A stretch of 64,000 nucleotides of DNA from Octopus vulgaris (Eukaryota): contig OX597823.1 in NCBI GenBank assembly GCA_951406725.2, positions 78,926,001-78,990,000 on the forward strand, written 5' to 3'. Every line of letters starts with the position of its first letter. The first letter of the stretch is position 1. The translations under genes and the position numbers were made by a program. The notes under the pieces are model-generated. The model searched no databases, was not told where the DNA came from, and saw nothing but the letters and a program-made list of their open reading frames with translations. Below, in pieces: positions 28,051 through 39,895 of the stretch.

Positions 28051-29894
28051 ATGTAGACAAACTTTTGCTAGGAAAGGTTTGATTGTGACTTCGAAGTTTT
28101 GCTTTGTTTGCAGTTATCAATCTGATAGCGGCCAGAAAGGTATCACTTCAAAGTCGTCATTGCCAATCTTGTCTGTTTTAGGATTTAATAAATATGTTCT
28201 CCGCGAAATGTATCTACTCTACTATAATGTGATCTTTAAGTGTAATGTTAAATTGTTTTTACTCATCATTTTACATTAAAGCAAGTCTGAATGCACACAG
28301 GCATATAAGTATATGTTTGTGTATGTGTGTATTTGTGTGTGAGTGAATTTATGTGTGAGTATGTGTGTGTCTGCGTGTGTGTGTGTGTTGTGTGTGTGTG
28401 CGTGTATATATTCAAAAATAACTATGTATATACATATTAACCATACACACCCTCAAAGATAGAAATATAATACATACACACGTACTCACATACGTACACA
28501 CATGTAAATGTGAATGGATTCGCGTGTCCGGCAGTAACTGATTATCTTACAGGATGTGACTTTAAATCTGTTTGTAGGTTTATATGCACTATTCCGATAT
28601 ATTCTATATTTTTTATATCTGTCGTTCTTTATGTTATGCGGCAAATGTTATATAAAATATACGTCGGTAATAAACGATTTATAATGTTAATGAAAATGTC
28701 TTTCTTTTTTATTTCTATTGTTTCTCTTGAATGAATTTCTTTTTTTTTTAATTTATGATATGTGGGTTTTATTTTTATTTTTTTATTTTTCCGATTAAGT
28801 CACCCATTTGTTTCATATTATTACAAAAATACAACAACAGAGAGAAATAAATACTTTTTTCTTTGCTTTTAAACTTGTTTGAATAAAAATTATGAATAAT
28901 GCCAAATTCAATGGTCACAAATACGTAATGAAAGCTCCAACTCAACAACAACAATAACAACAATAACAGCAATATTGAGTGTAATACATAGCAACAATAT
29001 CTACAGCGTGAACCACAAAATTTGTAGAAAACTTATTTCGGTCACTTGACCCAGTAGTTATCGAACTGTTTTTGAATTCAGCTCGTTATATAGATTTTAG
29101 ATTTACTCTTTGTAGAAATTTATTTACATAAAATATACATAACTATACACAACGTCCACTTACAATTTTATGCAAATTTGAGCTTCACTATAATCTTTAG
29201 TTCAGCTTCAGGTTATTTCACTTATTAGTATCCTCGACTGAAACTCAAATCTAGCATCAAATATAAAATGTATTGTCTTGAATTACAGTGCAAATTGAAA
29301 TAAATGGTTCGGAAATTTTATGGTCATTTTCCATATGGAAGATTTCCAGTATCTTCCAGAATTCTTTTCATTACTGTCTAATTTTCACAGTAACATCTCA
29401 TTCTATCAGGCAATTTGCAAGCATTTAAAACTGTGCTGCAAGCCAGTTGTGGTTTGCCAGACAATCATTACTGTAAAATCTTACATCTGCCCAGAATTCA
29501 CCATAGAAAATACCGGGATTGTTTATACAAAATACAGATTTTCTTTCGTTCAACGAAGATAAATCTACCGCTGGGCACTGTATATGATGATTGTAAAGTT
29601 TACTTTGATAATTTTAATTGAAGTAAGTTTCATCCAATTTTATACCTTTCTTCTTGAAAATTTCATCTAATTTAGGATTCTTCTCAGTTATAAATCGCTC
29701 GGATTATATTCGGATGATTTTAATTTTAGTAGTTATTTTTTCACGTCCTCGTATTCTGTCCGAATACGAGGGCATTGAATACAATAAGCTACATACTGAA
29801 CATAAACCTTTACTGTCAGAAAATAAGGTTTCATTGATTGAATTCGAATTATATTAAATATGACTATAAAGCCCTTTAATGAAGATGATATTAA

Positions 29895-31019
29895 TCAAAC
29901 ACCGGTTTCTGTGGCATTGTCTACGATTACAGTACCTGATGTCGTTGACTTTCGGTCCATCATGGAAATATGATGCATGCCAGGTTTTCGCTTTTTACAT
30001 TTGCACATACGTAATAGGCGACGATAGCTATTTTGCATGTCAGGCATACGTATCGCGTAAATGAGCGGATCAAATATAGAGTTCAGTGCAATTAGATTAT
30101 ATAGATAATACTGAGCTTGTTGTGATATCTGGTAGTAATTCATCATATCTGGTAAGTTTGTAGCACTAACGATAGTCATAGTCAACTCCATTAAACAGTA
30201 CGGCAACCAACAGATTATGTAGGATAGCAGTATAATGATTGTGGTAACGAGACCTTTGTTGTTACGGCGTATATTTGGTGCGTGACGAGTTTGCAGTTGA
30301 GGATACCTATAAATAGTTATGAATACTTGGCTATAAAGGAAAACCATTTCAAAGAGGCACAAAATGACAACAGCGAATAAAACGAAATTCGGTTCAAACA
30401 TAGTACACTTAATCGTGTCACAATAATTCAAAAATTTCTGATTCCTGCAGTTCTTGTACAAAGGTGTGAAAGGTAAAAGAAAATCAGAGAAACCACACAA
30501 TGAACCGAGCACCCACACTCCAGCAATTAATATTCCAACATGACGTCTGTCCATTAAATAAGAATGCTTCAGTGGAATATTAATAGCAATATAATGATCA
30601 AGAGCCATTGCTGCTAAGTTCAGCAAGTTGGTCAACTGTCCACTGATCATTAACGCCTCAACAACGGCATAGATACAAATTGATTTACCTTCATCTTCAC
30701 CTTCTACTGGAAACATGAAGTTATTGTTGTTGGTGAGAGATGCAGTCAAAAAGCAGAGACTGATAAATAGATCTGACATGAGCAGGCTAGTAACCAATTG
30801 CTTATTGGCCGTGAATGTACCTTTGAATTGCATTATTGCAAACAAAGAAACAGCGTTGGCAATGATAGCAACTATGCAAAGAATAATAGCTATCAAACGA
30901 TCAATCCTCATAGAACCGTTTCCGCGGAAATCAATATTTGGAAAGGTGATGTTCGAAAAGTCAGTTTTGTTCCCAAAAGTGTATTCGTAGAAAGATATGT
31001 CGAATGGGAGGTCTTCCAT
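29895..31019 (-). CDS. Class A (rhodopsin-like) 7TM GPCR, 374 aa, melanocortin/adenosine-receptor-like orphan; coding region uninterrupted
   Basis: Seven hydrophobic helices; TM1 AN, TM2 SLLMSD, TM3 MALDHYIAI..PL, TM4 W, TM5 LY, TM6 CWLP, TM7 NSIFDPLIYA, helix 8 followed by CKC; N-terminal NKT/NIT/NGS sequons. Confidence 0.96.
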   Translation of the reverse strand: MEDLPFDISFYEYTFGNKTDFSNITFPNIDFRGNGSMRIDRLIAIILCIVAIIANAVSLFAIMQFKGTFTANKQLVTSLLMSDLFISLCFLTASLTNNNNFMFPVEGEDEGKSICIYAVVEALMISGQLTNLLNLAAMALDHYIAINIPLKHSYLMDRRHVGILIAGVWVLGSLCGFSDFLLPFTPLYKNCRNQKFLNYCDTIKCTMFEPNFVLFAVVILCLFEMVFLYSQVFITIYRYPQLQTRHAPNIRRNNKGLVTTIIILLSYIICWLPYCLMELTMTIVSATNLPDMMNYYQISQQAQYYLYNLIALNSIFDPLIYAIRMPDMQNSYRRLLRMCKCKKRKPGMHHISMMDRKSTTSGTVIVDNATETGV

Positions 31020-31034
31020 GTCCTCTGGATTAAA

Positions 31035-31054
31035 CTGAAAGGAAAGAAGAAGTG
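31035..31054 (-). promoter_or_regulatory. Putative 3' splice acceptor of the GPCR coding exon
   Basis: Minus strand cacttcttctttcctttcAG|tttaatccagaggacATG: polypyrimidine tract plus CAG, 15 nt before the ATG. Confidence 0.7.
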
Positions 31055-31824
31055 AACAACGTTAACTGTTATTTAAATGTACAAAGATAATTTATTTATG
31101 TGAACAAAACAATAAAGTTAATTGTTATTCAAGTAAACAAAGTTATTTTTTATTTAAGTGGATAAAAATAACGGACATCTAAGCAAACGAAGATGTGTTA
31201 CGTGAACAAATGTAACTGACATTTAAGCGAACAACGATAATTGTTATTCAAATTAACTGTGATAGCTGTTATTTAACAAAAATAAATATAACTATCATTT
31301 AAGATTATAAATGTAGCTGATATTTATGTCAAAATGAATATTTTTTAGTTTTTAACAGGTAAGAATTAAATACGTGGCAGAAGGAACCAGAAAGGAACAT
31401 CAAGGTTTCTATGTCTGAATTATATGCCTGCAAAGATTCGTACAGTAAACTGGAAATAAATTGCTGCAAGCTGGTAGTCTAAACCCCCGAAACAGGGTTT
31501 ATTCCGATTCATTTTGAGTCACTGTTAACATTCCATTCTCTCCATATATTGAAGTCGGATCTATAAACTATTTTCAGCAACAGATCAGTAGGGAACACAA
31601 ACAACTGAAGAAAGTCACTAGGACGATAAGTTTGGAAGTTTAGAACTAATGAAGTCGATTGTGGCTGGCAGGGGATCTCAGATGAAATTCTTTTGTAGGC
31701 GAATGTTAATTCTGTGTATGCTGTTCCACTCAGACGAACCGTACTGGATAAGGAGCAAAATTGTCGAGTGATAACTGTTGATGATATAGCAGAGTTTCCA
31801 AAGAGAACAAGTCTAATAATCAAT

Positions 31825-32185
31825 TCTACAATAAACAAAAGGCCTGAAATTTAGGGGAGGTGGATAGACGATTATAGCGACCCCACTGTTTCACCGGTAC
31901 TTAATTTATCGACCCCGAAAGGATGAAAAGCAAGGCGACTGTGGTAGAATTTGAAGTCAGAACGTAGCGGCTGACGAAATACCTATTTCTTTACTACCCA
32001 CAAGGGGCTACACACAGAGAGGACAATCAAGGACAGACAAACGGATTAGGTCGATTATATTGACCCCAGTGCGTAACTGGTACTTATTTAATCGACCCGG
32101 AAAGGATGAAAGGCAAAGTCGACCTCGGCGGAATTTGAACTCAGAACGTAGCGGCAGACGAAATACCGCTAAGCATTTCGCCGCC
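31825..32185 (-). mobile_element. SINE family B, two-core form
   Basis: Two tandem cores separated by the tttactacccacaaggggcta...ggacagacaaacggatta linker. Confidence 0.9.
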
Positions 32186-32707
32186 ATTGTAATGATGAAA
32201 ATAATGCACTAACAACATCGATCTGTATAATAGCAACATGTCTGATCTATTCCAATTTACGTGATACGCATGATATAATGTTACTTCACATTAAAAAGCA
32301 AGTAATTTTACATTGTCAATAGTTCTTAATTTTTGTTAAGGAATTAAGATCTTTGTGTGGTTGCTATTAATACGACAACGGGAATATGAGAAAAGAGGAA
32401 CAAACAATGCGATTGCTTCGAATTTTCTATTCAAAAGATGGGTGAACGACATTTTAAATGTACGGTAATCACCTGCTATAGTCAAGTCGTAAATGCTTTC
32501 TCCTGGGCGTGCGCGTGCGCGCGTGTGTGTGCGTGTGCGTGTGTGTGCGTGTGTGTATACGTGTGTGTGTACGCGCAATGTATTAACATATTTGTATGCA
32601 AACATGCACGCCCACATATGCTACACCACAGGAGCGAAACCGAGGCCACGGGATTTCAAAACGCACTTATTGACCGTAGAAAAGAGACTGTGTAGTTGTT
32701 CATATAT

Positions 32708-33122
32708 ACTCTTACTCTTTTACTCTTTTATTTGTTTCAGTCATTTGACTGTGGCCGTGCTGGAGTACCACCATTAGTCGAGCAAATAGACGCCAGGACT
32801 TATTCTTTGGACGCCTAGTACTTATTCTATCGGCCGCTTTTACCGAATCCCTAAGTTACGGGGACGTAAACACACCAGTATCGGGTGTTAAGCGATATTG
32901 GGGGGACAAACACAGATACACAAACACACACATATATATATGTACATATACATATATACGACGGGCTTCTTTCAGTTTTCGTCTACCAAATTCACTCACA
33001 AGGCTTTGGTCGGCCCGAGGCTATAGTAGAAGACACTTGCCCAAGGTGCCACGCAGTGAGACTGAACCCAGAACCATGTGGTTGGTAAGCAAGCCACTTA
33101 TTACACAGCGACTCCTGCGCCT
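32708..33122 (-). mobile_element. tRNA-derived SINE, family A (full length)
   Basis: Full match to family A. Confidence 0.92.
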
Positions 33123-33243
33123 ATGTGTATATATATCTGTGCATGTGTGTGTCTGTGTATATGTCTATGTATGTGTGTGTCTGTCTGCGTGTGTGTGTGT
33201 GTGTGTAACTTTTTCTTTGTGTCTGCTCATATTCAACCGCGTA

Positions 33244-33627
33244 GGAGGCGCAATGGCCCAGTGGTTAGGGCAGCGGACTCGCGGTCGTAGAATCGCAGTT
33301 TCGATTCCCAGACCGGGCGTTGTGAGTGTTTATTGAGCGAAAACACCTAAAGCTCCACGAGGCACGGCAGGGATGGTGGTGATCCCTGCTGTACTCTTTC
33401 ACCACAACTTTCTCTCACTCTTACTTCCTGTTTCTGTTGTACCTGTATTTCAAAGGGCCGGCCTTGTCACTCTCTGTGTCACGCTGAATATCCCCGAGAA
33501 CTACGTTAAGGGGTACACGTGTCTGTGGAGTGCTCAGCCACTTACACGTTAATTTCACGAGCAGGCTGTTCCGTTGATTCGGATCAACCGCAACCCTCGT
33601 TGTCGTAACTGACGGAGTGCTTCCACC
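33244..33627 (+). mobile_element. tRNA-derived SINE, family C, with 12-bp TSD
   Basis: Head ggaggcgcaatggcccagtggttaggg...gtttcgattccc (A/B boxes); TSD attcaaccgcgt at 33231-33242 and 33628-33639; near-identical copies at 38.8 and 51.0 kb. Confidence 0.95.
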
Positions 33628-34060
33628 ATTCAACCGCGTGACTAGGGGTTTTCATTTGCTAACGTCCTTAGAACTTTGATTTGCGACAAAACGAAACGAT
33701 AGAATAAGTATCTGCCATTAAAAAATAAAATAACCACCGGAGTCAATCTGTTCAAATGAATTATACAAGGCAGTGTCCCAGCATGACCGCGGTCCATATG
33801 ACTGAAACAAATAAAATAATTAAAATAAATGAACAGTGACCTCATCTAAATTCAAACTCGAACCATTTTTCTATGACCAAAGACGCTTAATAACAAATAT
33901 GGGAGCGAAATGTTAGATATAATTTTCGTTTTAGGTATCTGAATCACTTAAAGCTCTTCTTCTATATATCGTTCTGTCGCTTGCAGTACCGCGAAGAAAC
34001 AATGCAGAGACATATCAGCTTCATATGTGTATGTATACATACATACATACGCACATATAT

Positions 34061-34130
<70 letters not shown>

Positions 34131-34388
34131 GCACATAAATATATACATACATATATGGGAATCTTACATTGCTTATAAACTCTATATTTAGAAGGACTCA
34201 TTTTAAACTCTGTTGGACTTTTGGACTTTACTCATAGGATATTGGAATATTGCATATATAACATTATGCCTAAAAAATGGGTTTACTACTTCAATACCCA
34301 TACACATCTTGCATCTATTTTCCTCCACCTCACTTTCTATTTTGTATCACATCTAAATTAACTATGACTAAACTATCCTCTCACGCCA

Positions 34389-34438
34389 TCTCCGATGAAG
34401 GGATGTAATTAATAAATATCCTAGAAACAGCTGCAAGA
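34389..34438 (+). ncRNA. Degenerate minimal type I hammerhead-like motif
   Basis: tct-CCGATGA-agggatgt...atatccta-GAAA-cagctg-ca-aga; palindromic stem III; C at core position 4 and GCA in place of a GUH cleavage triplet. Confidence 0.5.
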
Positions 34439-34513
34439 CCTTCTATATATAAATGCTCTAATATCTACACACTCTTGGGTTTTTTTTATCTTATTACGCA
34501 AAAAATTCTTATA

Positions 34514-34561
<48 letters not shown>

Positions 34562-34730
34562 GAGATAAGCCACCCATACCTGGATACTACTTACACGACA
34601 AGAGCTCACTATTTGAATGGACCATAAACAAAACTTGACTTAAAAAGGATTTAGATAAGCCTATCAAGTGGTGCTATTAAGTTAGACGTGGTCTGGACCA
34701 ATCTTTGGTCGAAACATATCAGAGTTTTAC

Positions 34731-34761
<31 letters not shown>

Positions 34762-34821
34762 TATATGTTTTTATTTATATACCTCTTATTTACATCTTAT
34801 ATATGTGTATGTGTATATTTA

Positions 34822-34940
34822 TTCTTATATTCTCTTATTCTTTTATTTGTTTCAATCATGCCACTGTAGGCATGCTGGAGCACCCCCTTTAGTCGAACAA
34901 ATCGACCCTAGGACTTATATTTGGAAGCCTAGTACTTAAT
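34822..34940 (-). mobile_element. SINE family A, 3' fragment
   Basis: catgctggagcaccccctttagtcgaacaaatcgaccc matches the family A tail. Confidence 0.8.
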
Positions 34941-35614
34941 CTAGCTCGAAACGTAACACCACCTATCTTTCCTTCCCTGAGCGTCTGCTAATTCTTTGCA
35001 TGTACCACGTCCTCACGTTGTTTTTTATTATTTTGTGCTTGTTCTTCGTTTTTGGGATTTTTATATATATATACATATACATACACAATCATACAATGAA
35101 ACAAGACATGTCTTTTATACTTATAGATACACACGCAGACATGCAGACACACAGGAACACACACATATGTATAAATATATATATATATATATGCACACAC
35201 ACACCTACATATCTACACATACATGCAGTCACGTTGCATTGGTGTTCAGACCTACAAAACTTCTATATTTAATGTACGTTTAACAACAAAATTTTTGTAT
35301 CCCACCTCGTTGGAATCTTGCTCGTGGCAAAATCTACTTTAGTTTCCATTTATATTCTCTAGAACTTTTTTCATCTTTTCTCTACAAGGCTTGATTTGTT
35401 CCCCTTCGAAAGAATGAACAATCTTTTCTTGATGCTATCATCTCTTGTTGCCTGCATTTATATTTTTGTTTATGACAGTTCATTGTCTGTTATATATTAT
35501 TAGTGTGTGTGTGTGTGTTAATCTTTTAATACGTTTCAGTCACTAGAGTGCTATCAAACTTGGCATCACCTTCAAGTATTTTATTCTATATAGATATATT
35601 CATATATACATACA

Positions 35615-35693
<79 letters not shown>

Positions 35694-35700
35694 GTATGTA

Positions 35701-35771
<71 letters not shown>

Positions 35772-35787
35772 ATATATATATATATAT

Positions 35788-35992
35788 TAAAAAAGTTAAT
35801 CTAAACAAGAAAGCACAAAAAACACAACAACGCGAGGACGGGGAACAAATATAGTATTATTGAACGCTCAGGAAAGAAGGAAAGAAGGAGGGTTTAACGT
35901 TTCGAGCGGAGCTCTTCGTCGGAAACATAGGAAAAGGAAAGATCCAGAGAAGGGAGGACAGAGGGAAAAAATCGCCAACGGTACACACGAGG

Positions 35993-35996
<4 letters not shown>
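35788..35996 (-). mobile_element. (TA)n-embedded ~210-bp element carrying a minimal hammerhead variant (Penelope pLTR-like)
   Basis: Flanked by (TA)n on both sides; related partial copy at 34943-35062 on the + strand (gctcgaaacgta...cctgagcgt...cgtcctc.cgttgtt). Confidence 0.6.
35892..35926 (-). ncRNA. Minimal type I hammerhead-like motif (variant core)
   Basis: Minus strand guuu-CCGACGA-a-gagc-ucc-gcuc-GAAA-cguu-aaac: 4-bp stem I, 4-bp stem II, palindromic ACGU in place of stem III. Confidence 0.6.
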
Positions 35997-36034
<38 letters not shown>

Positions 36035-36086
36035 CGTTTCTGTCAGCTCGCCGCCTTCTTGGAAAGTAATATTTAAAAAACTATTA

Positions 36087-36537
36087 AGAAAAAAAAACAC
36101 ATTTTATTAATTCAGTAATGAAAAATTAAATTATACCATTTAGAAAACTTACATATTAATAGAAAGATTAATTATAAGATAAATCATATAACGATGATTA
36201 AGTAATGTGCAAAATATTGTAAAAATAATAGTAGTAGTAGTAAAATCATTGCAATATAAATATAGCCACTCTTTAGGTTAAAGATAACAATAATGATAAA
36301 ATAATTAATTAGATAAATTAATAAATATACGTAAATAATCTTGTAATATACGAAATATCTTAACACATATCGCTATTCTACCAAATATATACGTTTTATT
36401 TACTATTTTGCACATTGCTTAATCATCGTTATTTGTTTTATCTTATATTCAATATTTTTATAACATGTAATATTTCTAAATGGTACAATTTAATTTTTCA
36501 TTATCGAATTGATAAAAGGTGTTTTTTCTAAATTATA
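36087..36537. repeat. AT-rich foldback, ~140-bp imperfect arms
   Basis: taatgaaaaattaaattataccatttagaaa...ataacgatgattaagtaatgtgcaaaata is mirrored by tattttgcacattgcttaatcatcgttat...tttctaaatggtacaatttaatttttcatta. Confidence 0.85.
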
Positions 36538-36937
36538 TCTCTTACTCTTTTACTCTTTTACTTGTTTCAGTCATTTGACTGCGGCCATGCTCCAGCACCG
36601 CCTTTAGTCGAGCAAATCGACCCCGGGACTTATTCTTTGTAAGCTCTGTACTTATTCTATCGGTCTCTTTTGCCGAACCGCTAAGTGGCGGGGACGTAAA
36701 CACACCAGCATCGGCTGTCAAGCAATGCTAGGGGGACAAACACAGGCACACAAATACACACACACATACATATATATATACATATATACGACAGACTTCT
36801 TTCAGTTTCCGTCTACCAAATCCACTCACAAGTCATTGGTCGGCCCGGGGATATAGCAGAAGACACTTACCCAAGATGCTACGCAGTGGGACTGAACCCG
36901 GGACCATGTGGTTGGTTAGCACACAGAGACTCCTGCG

Positions 36938-36940
<3 letters not shown>
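36538..36940 (-). mobile_element. tRNA-derived SINE, family A
   Basis: Match to family A with a small deletion in the head. Confidence 0.92.
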
Positions 36941-36975
<35 letters not shown>

Positions 36976-37043
36976 TTTGTAAAATTTGATTTAGTATTTC
37001 TAAATTGAATTTGTCCCTGTAAGTTTGGAATAATATTCTTTCA

Positions 37044-37148
<105 letters not shown>

Positions 37149-37200
37149 AATATAATTCCAAAACTTATAATTTTAAATCAAATTTCACAATATATAATAT

Positions 37201-37449
37201 ATGTATATAATTTAGAGAAAAGCCATTATTAAATAATTCAGTAAAGAAAGAAGTTATTCACGCCTTATAGAAGACATATACTATAAAAAACATTCTTTTA
37301 AATCAATAAAGTACAATTACTATTTACTATTTATTGTACTTTATTGATTTAAAATAAGTTATTTTTTATAGTATATGTTTTCAATATGCGTGAATGACAT
37401 CTTTCTCTATTGAAATGTTTAACAGTGGTTTTTCTCTAAATTATATACA

Positions 37450-37450
<1 letters not shown>
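37201..37450. repeat. AT-rich foldback, ~115-bp arms with ~16-nt loop
   Basis: atgtatataatttagagaaaa...aaatcaataaagtacaat / attgtactttattgattt...ttttctctaaattatatacat. Confidence 0.9.
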
Positions 37451-37511
<61 letters not shown>

Positions 37512-37519
37512 CAACGCGC

Positions 37520-37600
<81 letters not shown>

Positions 37601-37602
37601 AA

Positions 37603-37790
37603 GGCGCAGGCGTAGCTGTCTCAACCACATGCTTCAGGTTTCCATCCCACTGCGTGGCATCTTCGGCAGGTGTCTTTTACAATAACTTCGAGCCGAACAA
37701 AGCCTTTTGAGTGGATTTCGTAAATGAAACTGAAAGTCCGTCGGCGGATGGTGTGTTTATGGGCGCGCAACTTAGTGGTTCGGAAAAGGA
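37603..37790 (+). mobile_element. SINE family A, internally deleted copy
   Basis: ggcgcaggcgtagctg...cccactgcgtggca...gaaactgaaag. Confidence 0.75.
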
Positions 37791-38006
37791 TAAAAGATAC
37801 AAGTAAACATATATACATTAATAATATCATTTTCGCGCCACCAGGGTATGAATGAATTTATTTTCGATTTTTTCTACTATATTTTGCTTTTTCCTTTCTT
37901 GCTTTGTATTTTCTAGTTTAATGTATCTATCGCTTCCTACATATTCAATAGTTCATAAATATTGTTTCCCACATATTCAACTACTTAGAAATATTAAAGA
38001 TACATA

Positions 38007-38380
38007 GGCGCAGGAGTATCTGTGTGGTAAGTAGCTTGTTTACCAACTACATGGTTCCGGGTTCAGTCCCACTGCGTGGCAACTTGGGCAAGTGTCTTCT
38101 AGTATATGGCTTCGGGACGACCAAAACCTTGTGAGTGGATTTGGTAGACGGAAACTGAAAGAAGCCCATCGTGTATATGTATATATATATATATATATAT
38201 ATGTCTGTGTCCCTCCAACATCGCTTGACAAGCGATGCTGATGTGTTTACATCCCCACCACTTAGCGGTTCGGCAAGATAGCCGATAGAATAAGTACTAG
38301 GCTTACAAAGAAAAGTCCAGGGCGGTGCTCCAGTATGGCCGCAGTCAAATGACTGAAACAAACAAAAGAACAAAAGAATA
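38007..38380 (+). mobile_element. tRNA-derived SINE, family A
   Basis: ggcgcaggagtatctgtgtggtaagtagc...gcagtcaaatgactgaaacaaacaaaagaac. Confidence 0.92.
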
Positions 38381-38835
38381 CTATAGTGAAATCTCAAGAC
38401 CAATAAAGGGAATCAAGAGGTTCTAACGAAGAAATATATTTGTATTCAGTGAGAATATTGCCTCTAAAACCATATTTTCTAATGCTCAGGCAGACGCACA
38501 TAAACACGTACACACACAGAGTGATACACACGCCAACACACAAACACACACACAGGTAGCGTACATTATAGAATACCACAATCATTGTTATGCAATCTAT
38601 GGATGGTTTCAGGTATGAAGCAGACATTATGTGGGCTTGCGGATTGCCAGTAGCTGTCAGATTTAACTGAACAGCAGACGAAATATTCTAGATTGTTATT
38701 CTGGGAAGACTTGTAGAAGAGGTAAAATTACAACAAAATCACTTCATTATGAATAGCAATTATGAATAGCAATTATAAAGTAACTATAATGATTCGTCTC
38801 TGCACTTAATCGCTTAGGCTAAATAAATCGATGGT

Positions 38836-39223
38836 TTTGGAAGCTCTCCGTCGGTTACGACGATGAGGGTTCCGGTTGATCCGAATCATCGGAACAGCCT
38901 GCTCGTGAAATTAACGTGTAAGTGGCTGAGCACTCCACAGACACGTGCACCTTTAACGTAGTTCTCGGGGATATTCAGCGTGACACAGAGAGTGACAAGG
39001 CCGGCCCCTTGAAATACAGGTACAACAGAAACAGAAAGTAAGAGTGAGAGAAAGTTGTGGTGAAAGAGTACAGCAGGGATCACCACCATCCCCTGCCGGA
39101 GCCTCGTGGAGCTTTTAGGTGTTTTCGCTCAATAAACACTCACAAGGCCCGGTCTGGGAATCGAAACCGCGATCCTATGACCGTGAGTCCGCTGCCCTAA
39201 CCACTGGGCCATTGCGCCTCCAC
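38836..39223 (-). mobile_element. tRNA-derived SINE, family C, with 12-bp TSD
   Basis: Reverse complement of 33244-33627; TSD taaatcgatggt at 38824-38835 and 39224-39235. Confidence 0.95.
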
Positions 39224-39635
39224 TAAATCGATGGTATTACTTGAGCAAAAGTATTCATATTAATATTATAAACATATTGATTCAAAGTACAAGTAAGAGA
39301 GGTTAAAGGATAATCTGATATTTTTATAAGTAAACGAAAAGAAGAATAAAATGTACCAGCCAAGGGAATGCAAAATTTATCAGTTAAGCTTAGAACCTGC
39401 AACAATAATTTTGAAAGGAACAGTTCTTACCTTACATACAATCAAGCAAATGCTGTTCCTTTACTTATGGTAAGGATTACGTACAGTCGCATATCTGACA
39501 AGCATCATAATTACTTTTACATACAGATTAAACGATCAAATCGTTTATATGATGCTTTGTCTCGGTGATAGATGGTGTATACCTCGGCCAGGTCTGGAGA
39601 TATACAATTATCTGAGGAGTTTTTAAGGCACAGGT

Positions 39636-39895
39636 GGAGGCGCGTGGCTTAGTGGTTAGGGTGTCAGCACCATGATCGTAAGATTGTGGTTTCGATTCCT
39701 GGACCGGGCGACGCGTTGTGTTCTTGAGCAAAGCACTTCATTTTACTTTGCTCCAGTCCACTCAGCTGGCAAAACTGAGTAACGCTGCGATGGACTGGCG
39801 TCCCGTCCAGCTGGGGAACACATACGCCATAGAAACCGGGAAACCGGGCCCATGAGCCTGGATAGGCTTTAAAAGTGCGCATTTGCTTATTTATT
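39636..39895 (+). mobile_element. tRNA-derived SINE, family D
   Basis: ggaggcgcgtggcttagtggttaggg...ggtttcgattcc head; CORE-like ttgtgttcttgagcaaagcactt...ccactcagctg; probable TSD tttttaaggca. Confidence 0.9.

Noticed and set aside
30715-31055. Plus-strand ORFs antisense to the GPCR
   Set aside because: Shadow ORFs of the real minus-strand gene.
33244-33316. tRNA-like sequences at SINE heads (also 39636, 38007 and others)
   Set aside because: A/B boxes are present but no complete cloverleaf is evident, and they run into SINE bodies with TSDs; not tRNA genes.
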